Below are positions 63,062 through 64,000 of a stretch of DNA of 64,000 nt, in pieces. Position numbers and translations under genes: made by a program. Position 1 is the first letter of the stretch. Every line of letters begins with the position of its first letter. The DNA comes from Saccostrea echinata (Eukaryota), in the NCBI RefSeq assembly GCF_033153115.1, contig NW_026889803.1, positions 13,392,001-13,456,000 on the forward strand, given 5' to 3'. The notes under the pieces are model-generated. The model was not told where the DNA came from. It worked only from the letters and a program-made list of their open reading frames with translations, and searched no databases.

Positions 63062-64000
63062 TATATTAAAAAAAACCCCACCAGATTCTTCCATTTATCG
63101 GTCAAGAATTTGTGTGTTGCATCTACATACACTTGGGGATTATTTTATGTAGTTGTCTGTCTCGCCGCCTGTCGCAGCCGCTTTGCAGACACATTGGCGA
63201 GACATGTATTTAATTATTTTCTCTTTTTTTTTCAAAACCCATTTCTGAAAAAAAAAATCGTCATTTGCTAAGTATGAATATTGTTTTCCCTCTTCTCTTG
63301 AATTAAGGATGATCATCCTCAGATAAATTTTACGTTAATCATTCTGAAAAAAGATATCTACTTTATAATTGAAATGCACACAATTTCAGCATACCTTGCG
63401 GGACGCAATTTCACATTATAAAGGATTAATAGTTATATATCCAACTAAGAGTTATCTCTCTTATCGTAGGGTCAGTGAACCTTGAGGACACAGGATCATT
63501 CGGCAAACCTCGGCTGATTCCGTCACCCGAGGTGTGCCGAGTGGACATAGGATAGTAAGGATACTGAACAAAATGTTACATTTTGTTAAACCATTTTTTT
63601 TTCAGACTTTATTATTGCTAAAACACATTTTTTTCAAAAAGTTTTCTATTGGAGTCATACTTATTAATGCTTTCTCATCCAAAATCTATACTTCCATATC
63701 TACATTGAATTCCACACAAAATGTACTCGTGTAATTTTAAAATCTTTTTTCTTTCTTCAAAGGAAAACACGTATAATTTTTGTCATGTTTCAGTACAGAA
63801 TTGATGGATTACAAAAAGCTGATGTTGTTTCTTGTAGTTGCCTCGCTGAAACACAGTGACCACAATACTTTTCGTATCCCAATTTATAGTTTTAAACATT
63901 AACTGTACTAAAACGAACTCTGCTCAGAATCCCTGCTGTTGAGAAGTGGTAGCAGACTTGGTCTGGCTAACACGAAAGGTACGTATTATGTATATACTTG

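Overview
AT-rich, intron-containing animal genomic DNA. The repeat content (Helentron-type non-autonomous elements carrying ~166-168 bp satellite arrays, a tRNA-like solo LTR, many MITEs) points to a bivalve, probably a Crassostrea/Magallana oyster; this is inference. Two protein-coding genes are supported, both on the + strand. (1) A complete 10-exon ECI2/PECI gene (CDS 30..12887, 392 aa): ACBP domain plus crotonase-fold isomerase, with an N-terminal presequence-like peptide and C-terminal SKL. (2) A KCNN/SK-family Ca2+-activated K+ channel whose whole channel body lies in one exon (57827..59272) and which has KCa3.1-like inner-pore residues. The remainder is a dense, often nested set of non-autonomous or decayed mobile elements identified by TIR/TSD logic (hAT5-like, Kolobok-like, Academ-like, mariner, HINE/Helentron, LINE 3' ends). 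There is also a hairpin element carrying an inverted copy of its own end-to-end junction plus a pseudo-tRNA, several palindromes or inverted triplications, and one 133-N gap. No CRISPR array, rRNA or intact tRNA was found. Family names come from recalled structural rules, not database searches.
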